A DNA stretch of 63,454 nt, filler included, from Rhabdomonas costata (Eukaryota), in the NCBI GenBank assembly GCA_019059605.1. It is 22 parts of 22 records of this genome, joined end to end, with 100 filler letters (N's around TTAATTAATTAA, not from the genome) between each part and the next. Parts side by side here need not be neighbours in the genome. Positions count along the whole stretch, not along the records: positions 11,551 to 14,335 come from JAHMHO010002063.1; positions 14,436 to 17,221 come from JAHMHO010002064.1; positions 17,322 to 20,104 come from JAHMHO010002065.1; positions 20,205 to 22,990 come from JAHMHO010002066.1; positions 23,091 to 25,876 come from JAHMHO010002067.1; 17 more parts are not named here. One strand, given 5' to 3'. Numbering within the stretch: the stretch's first letter is position 1; each line of letters starts with the position of its first letter. A program made the translations under genes and the position numbers. This document shows, piece by piece, positions 12,321 through 24,717 of this stretch. The notes below the pieces were generated by a model. It had not been told where the DNA came from, did not search any database, and saw only the letters and a program-made list of their open reading frames with translations.

Positions 12321-12725
12321 CAGAGTGTCTCATCTCATGCCACCTCACCCTCACTTCATCAGCCGCCAACAAGAGGCAATGGCACAACCAACGACTGCGA
12401 AACCAGAGAACCCACCTTAAAAGCCCTGTGAGAAGAAGGCTGCAGTGGACACCAGCCCTGTGGATGTTTTGTGTGGATTCGAGTGCGCGGGACGTGAGGG
12501 AGAGATGAGTTGAAAGAATCATCCCATGACGTGCAATTCCCCGCTCTCTGAAAGTAATCCCCGTTCCCGTTCAGTATTGTCCCCTCTCCTGGTCTTTGAC
12601 ACTCGGTGACTGGTGGCGCAAGAAAGTGTTCCAAACAACACAGGCTGACACCCACACGCCGCTCTACCCTCACACGTACCAGCGCACAACTTGCCAAAAT
12701 TTGTCCACTGTTCTGCGGATAAGTC

Positions 12726-13837
12726 TCACTTCTTTCCCTTAGTGGCCGCGGCAGCCTTACCGCCCTTTCCCGCGGCGGCAGGGCCGGTGCGGCCGCCCTT
12801 TGCCTTGCCCCCGGACTTCTTCTTCAGCTCCGCGAGCCGGGCCTGCACCACGGCGCGGCGCTTGAACTTCGGGGACATCACCCATGGGGTGTCCGGAAGC
12901 CACCCCTCGCGGTAGCGGTGCAGCCTTTCGTTTGGGAAGCACCGCCCTCGGCATCCCACATACACATGCTATAAATTTCGTGTTGCATTGCAGGCATGCA
13001 TTTTATGTTTGCACTTCAGTGCTGTTCATGATGATGACGAGCGACAAAAGCATCGATGCAAAGCGAAATATTTAGGTATAAAGCTGCACACCTCAAGGAC
13101 ACTATGGCAACGTATGGGTGAACGAGGAAGGGACTTGCCCTTGATTCTTTGTATGAAAAGTGACGGAGGCTCCGCAAATAAAAAGTCCATTTCAGTAAAG
13201 TATAGACACAAGCAGGGAAGAAGAAAAACAAAAAAGCAGTCATTCAATATGAGCGTCACAGAAACGGTCGGAGTTTCCACGTGGAGAAATTTTAAATGGG
13301 CACAAAAACATAAACACTAAAACAGGTGCACAAAATAGCATAACGGTGTCCCTTCAAAAGCACTGCGCAAAGGCATACGTCCTCAAGATGTTCCAGGTTT
13401 GAGCGTGCTTGTAGCCCAACTCCTTAAACTGAGTCTCCTGCGAAATGATGATGCAAGCAAAGTGCACCTCAGTGACCTCCCCATAACAAGCATACGACAT
13501 CAGAGCAAGTAAAACAGAAAAAAGCGAAGTAAAGCGGAAAAAAGGAAAAGGGGATCCAGTGACAGCAAGGGGATGATCATGATGCAAAGCGAGGAAGACA
13601 CGGTTTTCGTGTGGTTGGAAAATGCCCTGTTCGGCGCGTGCGTAGCGAAAAGCTGGAATCGGAAGCGCGCGCACCCGCACGCACATGGAAGCAAACGCAC
13701 CGACATGGAGAACAGGGTGGGCCAGTCCTTGATCTGCGAGGCAAACTCGTCACAGCCGGGGCCACTAAACATCAGCAACTTCTGGACATCCAACCCAACT
13801 GCGGAGAGAGCCCACTGCCATATTTGCCCGGGCCTTC
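12726..13837 (-). CDS. IGR-domain protein, mitoribosomal mS41/Fyv4-like
   Basis: Exons ~13837-13701, 13437-13379 and 12924-12726 give LDVQKLLMFSGPGCDEFASQIKDWPTLFSMS-ETQFKELGYKHAQTWNILRT-LHRYREG. This matches the IGR pattern DVxxFLxxIGRGCxxxAxKxxxWxxLFxxxSxxLKELG..RxxILxxxxRYRxG. A Lys/Ala/Gly-rich tail follows. Confidence 0.75.
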
Positions 13838-15316
13838 CTGGACGGAAGGAATCGGAAGGGCAAAGTGGCCCTAACTCGCCTTTGTTGCGGGGGACAGAGT
13901 TTTGCTTTTGTTTGTGCGTGCGTATATTTTGCGGGTTGGTGCGTTTTCCTCGTGGTTGATGTGATACTTCGCAGGGTGCTTTCTGTAATTTAGAGACTTC
14001 AACAGACGCACATGCGTTGGTGCTATGGGTAGAATGTTGGATGGGGTAAATACCCCGAGACGGTGGAGATGGCGGCGTTCAAGTAAAAGGGACATAAATT
14101 TTATGTTCATGTGAGTAATTGGATGTGTACGTGTGTGGAGGGTCGCGGTTCCCAAGGCACCGCGACACTATCGGTTGTAGTTCTCGAGGGGAACACCAAC
14201 GCTGTCCGGCAGGGGGAGAGTTACGTGAGGCAGCGAGGCGCAGAGGAGACAGAGAAGGGGGTGAGGCCCGCCCATCGAGGGTGGGGAGCCCAAGGAAGAA
14301 AAACACGAGTCTTCCCCAGAAAAAGTCGCCCACACNNNNNNNNNNNNNNNNNNNNNNNNNNNNNNNNNNNNNNNNNNNNTTAATTAATTAANNNNNNNNN
14401 NNNNNNNNNNNNNNNNNNNNNNNNNNNNNNNNNNNTTGATATAAGGGATGTAACGTTTTTGCCTCCCTCAGTGGGCTCTTCCTCACTCCCCTGTCTCTTT
14501 CCTTGCCTGTGTCCACACCTTAGGTCCAAACGAAGTGACACCTTTTTGATTCTGCTATTCCCCGCGTTAAATCTTTTGGCGTATCCGTATTCCTGCCTCA
14601 GGGGATTTTGGCATTTCCACCATCCTGCTCAACACCAACGCTCAGGTTTGTTTCTGCTTCCCACCTCACTCACGTTTTGCCTATTCGTGATGAAAAGACC
14701 GCCTCAGTCTTCGACACATCCTTGGCTTGCCACATTTCATTTTCCCGGTGCCAAGTTCCCACCTCGTGGCTGAGCTGAAAGCTCGTTGTCTTCTTTCTCT
14801 GACCTCCCACTGGTTTTTTCCGTGTCAGTGCGGTTCCTCTTCTTGCGGTTCTGACGTTTTTTGATGTTGGACGACGTGCCACTGTGTAACTCTGCGTGCT
14901 TTAGGCGAGGACAATGTGTGGGACTCCCTACTACTTCAGCCCAGGTGTGCGCGAGGCGCACCCTGACCCAGACTCTCCCGCTTATCTTGCGGCCACCCAC
15001 ACTCGTGTGAGCATAAGAGCTCTCAGGCGGTGTTGCTGCTGAATACTAATCAGAGTCGATGTGGAAAAACCTGAGTTACGTGCTGCTGATCATTAACCAT
15101 ATATACCAATCGTAAATGGAAGATGATTCGCAACATTGCTGTCGCATGCATTAAATGGTTTTGCCTGCGCGGGACCGGACGTCAATTCCTTGTGCTGCAG
15201 AGCTGTGCCAGAACAAGCCCTATAACAACAAGTCTGACATCTGGTGTGTGCCCGTACGCTGCCTTCCCTGCGAGTCTGGCTTCGTTTTGCGCATTACTTA
15301 TCTTCCGCCTCTATCC

Positions 15317-15336
15317 TAGGGTTAGGGTTAGGGTTA
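15317..15336 (+). repeat. Interstitial telomere-like (TTAGGG)~3 tract
   Basis: TAGGGTTAGGGTTAGGGTTA seen directly. Confidence 0.6.
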
Positions 15337-16317
15337 CCCAAAACCTCTTCCGCTTCTCTCTTTTTTTATTACAATTGTATGACATTCTTGTGGTGGATGC
15401 GCGGAACTACCTTTTTGAAATTGGTCCACCCCGGGTCTATCTTGTCTGAAACTTAAATTGGAGCCTTAGGTTCGAAGTTGCGCTCTTGAGCCGCCTGCTT
15501 CCGCTCTCCGCTCAGAATTCATTCCCCAGAAAAGGTGACAATGGGCAGTTTTGCGACTAGTAGACGGTTACAAGGAGAATTCTGACAGCCAAACGGGACC
15601 CTACATACCCCTCCCCCCATTCCGTCTGTGTGTGCGTGTGTTTTAATATTATTATTCCCAGTGTTTTGCGGCATTGTTTTCTCATCCCCACCGCTGCCAT
15701 TTGCATGCTGTGTTCTGCAAAAGCGGTTTCGACCATCCTTCATTCCGTTGCGCTTGTTTTGGTGCTCAGGCTTTGTACACCCCCGTTTCTCCCAGTCCCA
15801 GGGTTTCGTGGCGTTGTTTCGTGCTTCTCTGTATCTGTGTCGTGGACCAAGTCTGAGAACTTTAATACTAAATAGAGCATTCGAGGGCTGTGAGGCGTCA
15901 GTGACGAACGCACGAAAACAAAACTGTTAAGTGAAAAAGTCAAAAGGTGGTGGAAGCATCGCGAAAGAGAACGAGTAAATGTCTCCGCACAAGTGTGCTA
16001 AAGCAATAGCTGACTGTAGCAAAACGAAGGTATATGGCGCGGGTCATGTCAAAAGTAACAGTTACATCTGAGAATTCGCCAAAAATGACCACAGAACCTG
16101 AAATGACGCTCAGTAAGGTCGTTTAATGTACGAAAAAGCCTGAAAATTCCTGAAACACCAATTGCGTGCCATGAGAAAAAAAGAAAAAACAATGTCACCA
16201 TGTAACCTTTTCAGCTCGCCGTTTGTGAAGATACCTATTTACCACCAACCAAGCTGTTCAAATGCAACATTTCAACAGAAATTCCGCTTCTTCCACTCGT
16301 CTCATTCCCTCCCCTAC

Positions 16318-17020
16318 CTTTCCCTTTGTCTGTGAAGGCAGTGTATATATCTTTGAGTCTCTCCTGTGTACTTTCTTGGTGCCAAGCTTGTTCGCTGAAT
16401 CCTCCGCAACTGTGTTAACAACCCCTGTTGCCGCAGGGCCGTGTTTGTATTTCTCATATCTTAAGGTCAAGCCACTTGATTAACGCAGTGTTGCACAAAC
16501 AGCATTGTATAAAACGCTCCACCACAACGCGTTTCATTTTCATCGCATTTTTCGCATCATTGCTCAGCAGCGCAGCGCCGAATCTCGGGCATTGTACCAG
16601 TACGGGTGCGAATTCTGTGATCCAGCGCCAAGAAAGAAGTCTCGTAAATATTCGGAAAAGTGAAGCGGTGACGGGTGGGGTGGGTGACGGATCGGTATTG
16701 CTGTTAGGGCGCATTTCTTCAATATGTGGGTCGGTGCAGCGGCGAGGTGGAGCCTCGCCGTTGTTCCTCCTCAGCCAACTATCAGTCACAAATCGGTGAA
16801 TCAAATAAAGTACCCTGGCTTCGGCAACTTTCCCCGCACGAAACACCATTAGCACGGCCCCACGGTATTGTACAGAAGACCGTTCAGTACAGAGCCCTCA
16901 CTGAGCGATACAATGAGGCTAAACTTATAGTTTCTAGAAACCCGAAGGAAATATCGAGCGTGAACGAGGTTTATCAAAACTTGCATCTCACTGAGGGCTC
17001 ATGGAAGTAGACGCCGCCAT
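16318..17020 (-). CDS. Hypothetical protein, first three exons
   Basis: ATG at 17020. Exons 17020-16992, 16778-16689 and 16459-16318 join in phase via GT-AG: MAASTSMSPHWLRRNNGEAPPRRCTDPHIEEMRPNSNTDPYEKYKHGPAATG... No recognised domain. Confidence 0.45.
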
Positions 17021-17335
17021 TTGCGTGACACTGGCACAGTAGTCCTTGACTGCAGCAGAAAAAAAAGCAAGCCAACCACAGCAAGGAGTGGACTCCGCGG
17101 CGCTAGCCTTCAAACCTAAACTAATCAAATCCCTTTGTATTGCCGTCTCCTGGGAACCGTTCATCGCCCTTGCGTTTTGACCTAAATATTTAGCACCTCT
17201 TTTTAACGCCCCACCCCCAACNNNNNNNNNNNNNNNNNNNNNNNNNNNNNNNNNNNNNNNNNNNNTTAATTAATTAANNNNNNNNNNNNNNNNNNNNNNN
17301 NNNNNNNNNNNNNNNNNNNNNGTGTGTGTGTATGC

Positions 17336-18094
17336 CTTTGGCAGCCAGCGCGTCCAGCTTTTCAGAGAGCGGAGAGGGATGAGCTCCTGTTTTATGCAGC
17401 GTGTCCAAAGTAAAAAAAACATTAAACCAAGAGGGCACAAAAAGGCGACGAGGTGACTTAAGTGATGAGGTGACAAAAGCCAAAGGCATACACACGCCAA
17501 ATAATGTACTGGAGCACCAGAGCGGTAGTGAGTGTGAAGGGACGGTGGGTTAACTACCAGTTGTAACCCATCAACCAAGTATTCAGGATGGATGTTGAGC
17601 AATTCCGTCGAAACTCAGAGAAAGGCACACCTCCAGGAAGCATGGCCTCCGCCTCCTTCTCCACGGCCATCACCACCCCATCGAAGAGGAGATGGATCTC
17701 GACCTTCTTTCCTTGGTCCGCAGCAATCAGGGCAAGGCCAAGGCCCCCAGAGGCCTTCTCCATGTCATCCCGGCTGTGGCCCAGAACGACCAGGAGGTCC
17801 GCCTCCACCTCCGCACTTCCACTGCCCTGGTAACCAATGACATAATCCGTGTAGGTTGCTGGACAGCGACGGACAGTTCGCGAATGCCAAGGTAACGAAC
17901 GTGTTAACTCTTTCGTAGGGGCAGGAAAGCTGAACAAACCAGGAGGGGACAATCAGGGAGTATTGCAATATTTTGCTTTTTATGCCCTGAAAATGAACAT
18001 CCCATCGAGTAAGCGGGAACAACTGTAAGTATGAAAGCAAGGGGCGGAAATAAACCCGCCAAACACCTTGGCGAACTTTTTCGGTGAAGGACAT
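17336..18094 (-). CDS. DsrE/DsrF-like family protein (5' part, 3 exons)
   Basis: Exons 18094-18067, 17858-17631 and 17386-17336 give MSFTEKVRQATYTDYVIGYQGSGSAEVEADLLVVLGHSRDDMEKASGGLGLALIAADQGKKVEIHLLFDGVVMAVEKEAEAMLPGGAHPSPLSEKLDALAAKG. This fits the DsrE-like pattern hhhhxHxxDDxERAxxxhxxAxxAxxxGxxVxhFLxxDGV...PLxExhxxhxxxG. Confidence 0.75.
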
Positions 18095-20204
18095 CCCTCA
18101 GAGGAGTCGCCGCAGCGCTTACGGCATTCCATTTTCTAATCCAACCGCGATCGCAGAAAAGAGACAATCGGGGGTGAAAGGAGACGAAGCTGATCGGGTG
18201 ATGAAGACAAGGTGGAGACAATGTTCTAAACCAACCTTGTTGGTGGAGTTGGAGAGGGTGCATGCAAAAGAGAAGCTACTACCGAATCCACTGCAAACTC
18301 AGGCTTGTGAAACACTTTAGAAGACGGATTGAGGGGTGATCCATCCATGTTAAGGGGTGACCCATTGAACGAACAAAAAGGCTGTGGGATCACGGGCCCT
18401 CCCAGTACTGGACTGTATCCCCAGGAACCGAAAGATGCACACCAAAACATCGTCATTTTCGTCAGGGAAGTGTTTTCGCCTGTTACTTAGAAGAACGCAT
18501 GAGAAGGCTGCAACAAAAAATAGAGACAGAACTGGAATTCTCAGCTCTGAATTGCGCGAGGGAGAGCTGGCAGCACACAAGAAAATGCATCCATCAACGT
18601 GGTTGCTTCGTCTTTTAATGAAAAATCGACTGTTCCTGAAACATGAATTTGGATAAGCTAGAGAGCTCCAGAGGTGGAGGTGGAAGCGGGCAGACACACA
18701 TAAGCAGCCAACGCACCTCCAAAATAGTGCATACTGCAGTTTTGCAAAAGAAAAAACCTCGTGAAACCTCATGAATCGCCGCCGATTTCTTATTATATAC
18801 CCGCGGATAGCCCTCGTACTGCAATGCTTACTAACGTCGTGCCCAGCACGTGTTATTGTGTAAGCAGCGGGTCATTCACAGTTGGGGGGGGGGGGGCGTT
18901 AGACGACCGTTAGACGTCTAACATCCGTGTAACCCACGCTCCTTCTGTTGGAATCCCAGGGGACACGTGTGTCGCCTTCCTAACCACTTGCAAACTCTGG
19001 GAAAAAAATTATGCATAAGGCTGCGAAGTCTGGAGAATTTGTTTCGCAGGACTCCCTGGTCTACCGCCGAAATGCATGGGTTATGTTCAACCGCCCACTT
19101 GGAGGACGCAACTTTTTTGGTAACGCCAGTCAGCCTGCGGTTCATTGCGCTTTTTGGTAACGCCATTTGCTTTAGCTTCAAATAAAGTGAGGTGCAGCCA
19201 GGAATAAAAAAACACACAAAATCCCAAGCAAACCATGAGTTCTTCAGTTCCAATAGCGAACAGGGTAATTTGACAATCCCTAATTCATGAAAATGGCGGG
19301 TTCCACCGAGGTTCTTAACAGGCAGCCCCGGGCAGCAGTAAGGATACTGACCTCTGAACTTGCCGTGAGAACATGTCCGATGAATGCTCTTCATGTATTT
19401 GACTGGTGACATGATGCACCAGCTTGGGTACCGAAGCACCGAAGCACAGAGTGGAGTTCGTCTTCAATTGCGACGTGCCTCCAGCGAGTTTGACACTCCG
19501 GAAGACCCGCAGCCAGATCTGCTCTACGCAGGCCCTCCCAAGAACACATTCAAGATCTCCTTGGCCAGCCAGAAGTTAAGAAAGGACAGGCAGTCTTGAT
19601 CGGGGTGCGAGGGATCCCGATACTTGCAGCAAGGCAAACTGGAGAGATGATTTTCAGACAGGAGCCCTGCAAAAAACAATGCGGCACCCAACACATACGC
19701 CAAGTGCCATGTGAAAGAAAAACATAAAACTAAAGCGCACATAATTTCCGGACGCATAAGCGCATAAGCGCACTTTCTCTCTCTCATACGCATTTCCAGC
19801 ATTCTGGGGTCCAAAAAACCCTTTGCAATTCTCGCATCGACGCGGAGTTTTCTTCACAGTGCCCCTTCCCTCCGTGAAAGACTAGCAAACCGTTGTTTCA
19901 AGGAAAATGGGGAGTGGGAGCACATATACTCCACGTCATACGGAGGGCGCTGCCGGGCCGCTGCGAAGCAAAGTGGGTCACCAGAAAGGAGTTCAGAGCA
20001 CGGATCGTCTCGACGGTTGCCTTCGCTGAGGTTTCCGCCCTGAAGAATCAAGCGCAAGGGAGAACAACGGGAAACAAAACAGAGACGCAGAGTCACCAAA
20101 AACANNNNNNNNNNNNNNNNNNNNNNNNNNNNNNNNNNNNNNNNNNNNTTAATTAATTAANNNNNNNNNNNNNNNNNNNNNNNNNNNNNNNNNNNNNNNN
20201 NNNN

Positions 20205-22990
20205 GGTTGTGTGTGGGGCTACCGGGGGCCGGGGAGGAGGTGGCGAGGGTGCTGCTATGGGGTCTGCTGCAGCTGCTTTGCCTGGACACTGCCTTGACCG
20301 CGGTCTGTGTGCGTGTGTGTGTGTGTGTGTGTATCAATGCCTCTGAGGTTTTCCAAGACGGGGGATCCGTACCCCGAGAAGGGGCCAGGCAGCTGGAGAG
20401 TATTTTTTTTAAGCCCGTTGGAGGCAGATAAGACCGCTGGATTGCTCATTCCAAAGCCCTGTCACAGTGATAGCGGGGTTCCGGCTCATCTGCACTTTTT
20501 CGGAGCCTGCCCCTCGTTGTGTGTGTGTGTGTGGGTGGTCACGGTCTGGCCGCATTATGTTGAATTATGATGAAAGTGGTAATAAAGTTCTTGCAGCACC
20601 AGACAGCTTTTCCAAGAAGAAATGCAAATAAAACCAAGAAGACCGAGAAGACCAAGAAAACCGAGAAGAAATAGAACGGCAAACCAGTGCGAACGAAGAT
20701 ACAAAACAGGGGGCACTATGCACAGTTCTAAATTGAAAATTGCATTCTTCAGAAAAACCGACCGATAATAAACCAGTGTGGAAGGCAGGGATGGAAGAAG
20801 AAGGGGCGAAAATAAGGGGGAAACCAGGGATAGCTGAACAAGAATATAGGTGAAAAGGTAGGACAGAGAGGTGGGCGGAGTGGTGACTAAAATCGAATGA
20901 CGGAAAAAGGCTGGAAGGACGACGGCCTGATGAAAGCAACGCTAAGTCACTCACACAGGATAGCGGGAGAGATGGTATGCTCGGACCTGCAGGGCGGTGA
21001 GAAACCCTAACCCGTTGAGACCATATGAAACTGCACCGGTGCAGTGCAGTTGCTCTTGTATGGAGGGGCCTTCTTGCGAGCATGCCAGCCTTTGACCCAG
21101 AGGACACAACGCATTGCACCGCAGAAGAGAGTGTCTATCTGGGTCTCGAATCTGTCGCTTTTCAGCTTTTCAGGGTTTCAGGTCTCCTGTCAGGGGGGGA
21201 GGGGGTCGTTGCTGCTTCTTAGGCACGGGGCTTGCTTCCGCTGGTGTATATCATCCCGTGCCCCCCGAACCAGTGGCTGCTTGTGGGTCTACCTTCGAGC
21301 GAGTCGGGGTGGCCTCTGTGGCGGGCCCTCCTCACAACAGGGGGGACCCTGCTCTGTCTGGCCGCGCTGCTGCTCAACCCCTTTGCCTTCTCCGCGGTGT
21401 GCTCCGAGGGGGGCAGGGGGGCTGCTGGTGCCCGCGAGTTTTTGAGTCCATGATCTTTGGCTATGAGTTTACCACCCCACCGTTTCCTCGGCCACGCACG
21501 GGGGAGTGGAGTGCTATTGGGAACGCTTCCTATTAGTCTGTTCAGGGTCCATTTTCCTGTCAAAGCTGATTCTCTCGGTTTGGATTGCGTTGCGATTGCT
21601 CACCACGCATGGTTGTGGGTGAGACCAATTGAAAAACTTAATCTGGCTTTGACGAGCTCCTTTGGGCAAGGACCCGAGAAAAATGCAAAATCAAAGACAC
21701 TTAGGCTTTTCGGTCCGTTGTTGGGTTTGCCCTGACCCTGACTTCTCCTTTGGGTTCGATTCAGTTTTTATTTGGATAGGGCCGAGGCTCCGGTTGGCTG
21801 GCTGCTGGGCTTGCGTGGGGCTTGGCGTGGACGGCGTACCTGGTCCTCTTTGTGGCTGTAACGCGCTCGGCTCTGCCACAGAGGGTGGTAGCCTTGGCCT
21901 TGGGGTGGGCCGCGGGGGTGTATCTGGTGCCCGTGGTGTGGGTGCTTGGGCCCGCTGTGGAAAGCCTGGCGTGGAGGCTGAGCAGCACTGTGGTTTGAGT
22001 GGGGGAAAGAGGAGGGGGGCAGGGGGTCACAATGAGTGTTTTGATGCCTTATCTTTTCTTTCTTACAGACGGTTGAGATGGTTCGAGCCTCGGAGAGGGT
22101 TTCTCAAGCAAAGCGGAAGAACAAGCAGAAGAAAGCAAACGTATCTGTCAGTTTCACAACCTACTGCTGAGTGCAGCAGTCTATCGGTGGGGATACCGTT
22201 TTCAGATAGAGCCGAAGAGTCAAGCCTACAGCGGACGTGAGGTGGAGGTATGAAAAAAAGAGAGCCTGTGTGTGTGTGTGTGATGTAGGGTCCGTCCAGG
22301 GGCCCCATACGGAAACCCTATCATGTCCTTTGCCCACTGCCGAGACTGAACCACTTCATTCGTTAACGTATAAGCGGAACACATAACCCGGAAATGTAGA
22401 GCAGAAGTACGCCATGCTGCGATCGCGATGGATGTTGTGCACAGGTTCTGTGGCAGGTGCTGCTGCTGTACGCGGTGTTCTACCATGGGCTACCCGTGTG
22501 GCTGCCAGGCAGCTGGACTGTGGTTATCCTCACCACTGTAGTGCTTGCAGGGCTGCACTTTCACGAGGTCGTTGTTCCCTCTGCATTACTTTCTTTGGTT
22601 GCGGAAAGAAGAGGACTCAGATGGTTAAGTGAGTGTGCAGCTAGGTTAGGGTTTTGTTTCGTTGCAGTTGGGTCGTGTGAGCTTTCAGAGACCGACCCAA
22701 AGACTCACCCAAAGAGACAATTTCATATTTACTCCCTCCTTACGTGCTAGCGCATTCCCTCTCATTCTCATTCCCCTTCTCCCTCCGCTCACTTCCTGAC
22801 TCACTCATTTGCTTGCTCGCTCAGCAAAACCTTCGGCTTTGCTGGGTGCTTCTGCTGGCGCACTGTGGGCTTGGGGCCCGGCGCGCCGTGGCCATGCTCT
22901 GGCTCGCCGCGAGTACGCTTCGCGAAGCCCTCTCGGGGCCCTCACTGAGAACCCGCTCTCGGCTCTGCCGGGAGACCCAACACCACCCCC
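20205..22990 (+). CDS. Multi-pass membrane protein, unknown family (internal exons)
   Basis: Five all-phase-0 GT-AG exons (to 20302, 21050-21130, 21223-21396, 22445-22567, from 22825). Hydrophobic segments include VLLWGLLQLLCLDTAL, GGTLLCLAALLLNPFAF, VLWQVLLLYAVFYHG and WTVVILTTVVLAGL. Confidence 0.7.
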
Positions 22991-23214
22991 NNNNNNNNNN
23001 NNNNNNNNNNNNNNNNNNNNNNNNNNNNNNNNNNTTAATTAATTAANNNNNNNNNNNNNNNNNNNNNNNNNNNNNNNNNNNNNNNNNNNNGTTTTTGTGT
23101 CAATTGTGCATCCTGGCGTGCGTATCGCTTAGCTTTGACACTCACTGCCCCTGCGTCATGGCATTCAGTCAGCTGGGTAAGGGCACCCTACCTCCCCGTT
23201 CTGGCGTTGCACAG

Positions 23215-24717
23215 GGATAAACCTTGAGCAGACTCTGGACGAGCTCAAGGTGGTGCACCATGCTACTCAGTCCCGCAGGGCCCTTGTCGCGGGCTCCGTG
23301 CCCCGGGAGATGCGCTCTGTGGTGGCGCAGATGAGGCGCCCGCCCACGGCGGACGAGATGGTGCTTTTCGCGGAAGCGTCCCCGGTCCCCCTGCAGCACT
23401 GGATCCTCATTCGAATGGAAAAGGTGTTTGGACGTTTGGAAGGTCGAGGAACCTTGATGCAAGAATTTGAGCCCGCACCGATTAGAAATTTGGGCGATGC
23501 TTACGGACGGAGCACATCGGTCAGAATGAGTCGCCAATCTTTTGGTGCCTTGGCTCTCCCGCCTCCTAAATTTGCTTTGCCGCACCATTCTGTCCAGGCA
23601 GTCCTCGCTGCTGTCCATTGCTCGCCATTTTAGGGCACTGCTGTGGCACTAGACAACTGATGAAGCTTTCCGGGTCTGCAATGTGGATCTTTTCTACCGC
23701 CGCAACTCAGGCTAAGTCCGTGCATATTGTTCACATCCTAGGGGGAAGCCCTGGAGGACGTCGTTCAGGAGCTCGCTGAGGAACATCGCAAGAAGCAGAT
23801 TCGCCGCGAGGCCCAGGCGCTGGCCAACGAGCGAGGCAAGCTCATTAGCATCACCCAGCTCAGCCCCACCAAGCTGGACCCCTCGGACCCCACCGGGTTG
23901 ACGGTGTCTGTTACAGAGCTGGAGAAGAGCGAGAGGCTTCGGGTGGGCCCGGGCCCGTTGGCGACCTGGTTCTTGCAGTCGGTACTTCTTTTTGTGTTTT
24001 CGGTTTTCGAGAATTTCGGATGGGTCTGTTTCGAGATGGCTTGGGTTTTCTTTCCCCAGTCGCTTCCTCATCTCTCATCGCTGCGGTCGCTGTGGTCGGG
24101 CATTGCCTGTACTTTTGCTATCGGTTTGGATGAGGTGTGATGCAGCGTGTTTTTCAACTGCTATGCGAGTCCTTTGGTCCTTTGGTCTCCCACAGCGATT
24201 CCGCTTTCAGAACGATGTTTAATGGCAGCTAACCTGTAGCCTGAGCATTGCGCCCCGTCTCTTCGGGTCAAGCGTTTCGTGCAGATTGAGTTAGACCGAG
24301 CTTTTCGTTTCTCCTCTTTCATATTCTTCCTCACGCAGTTTCGGCCCACTTTTCGGTCACCGTTGCTTCCAGATCAGCGCTGCCATCTGTCACAGCGTCT
24401 GCCTTTATTGTGCAGGTGCAAGACAGCTTGGACGACTGTGGCTCCATCTGCACCGTTGCCAGTCAGGGATCCCTTTCCCCACGAAGTGCGCTGAAGAAAA
24501 CCCCCCGCCGCGCTCGCAGCAGCTTAGAAAGCTCCACCTCGACCCTCGGGCCTCGCTCCACCATTACTGCTACCGCCGCGGCCGCTGTCCCTCAGATCCT
24601 TCAGGAGGAACTTGAGGAGGACAGACCGGGTTCTCGGCAGGTCAGCTTTGGTGGCAGTATTGAGTTTGAGGACGAGAACTTTCCGACTGCCGCTGCCGCA
24701 GCCCAATCTCGCAAGAG
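23215..24717 (+). CDS. Hypothetical protein (internal exons)
   Basis: GC-rich in-phase exons 23215-23423, 23742-23942 and 24416-24717 with GT-AG boundaries (..PLQHWILIRMEK / GEALEDVVQELAEEHRKKQIRREAQ.. / VQDSLDDCGSIC..). No recognised domain. Confidence 0.65.

Noticed and set aside
14687-14778. GTGATGA...CTGA pair resembling a box C/D snoRNA (also 24969-25027)
   Set aside because: No terminal stem or recognisable rRNA antisense guide, and such motif pairs are expected by chance in 63 kb.
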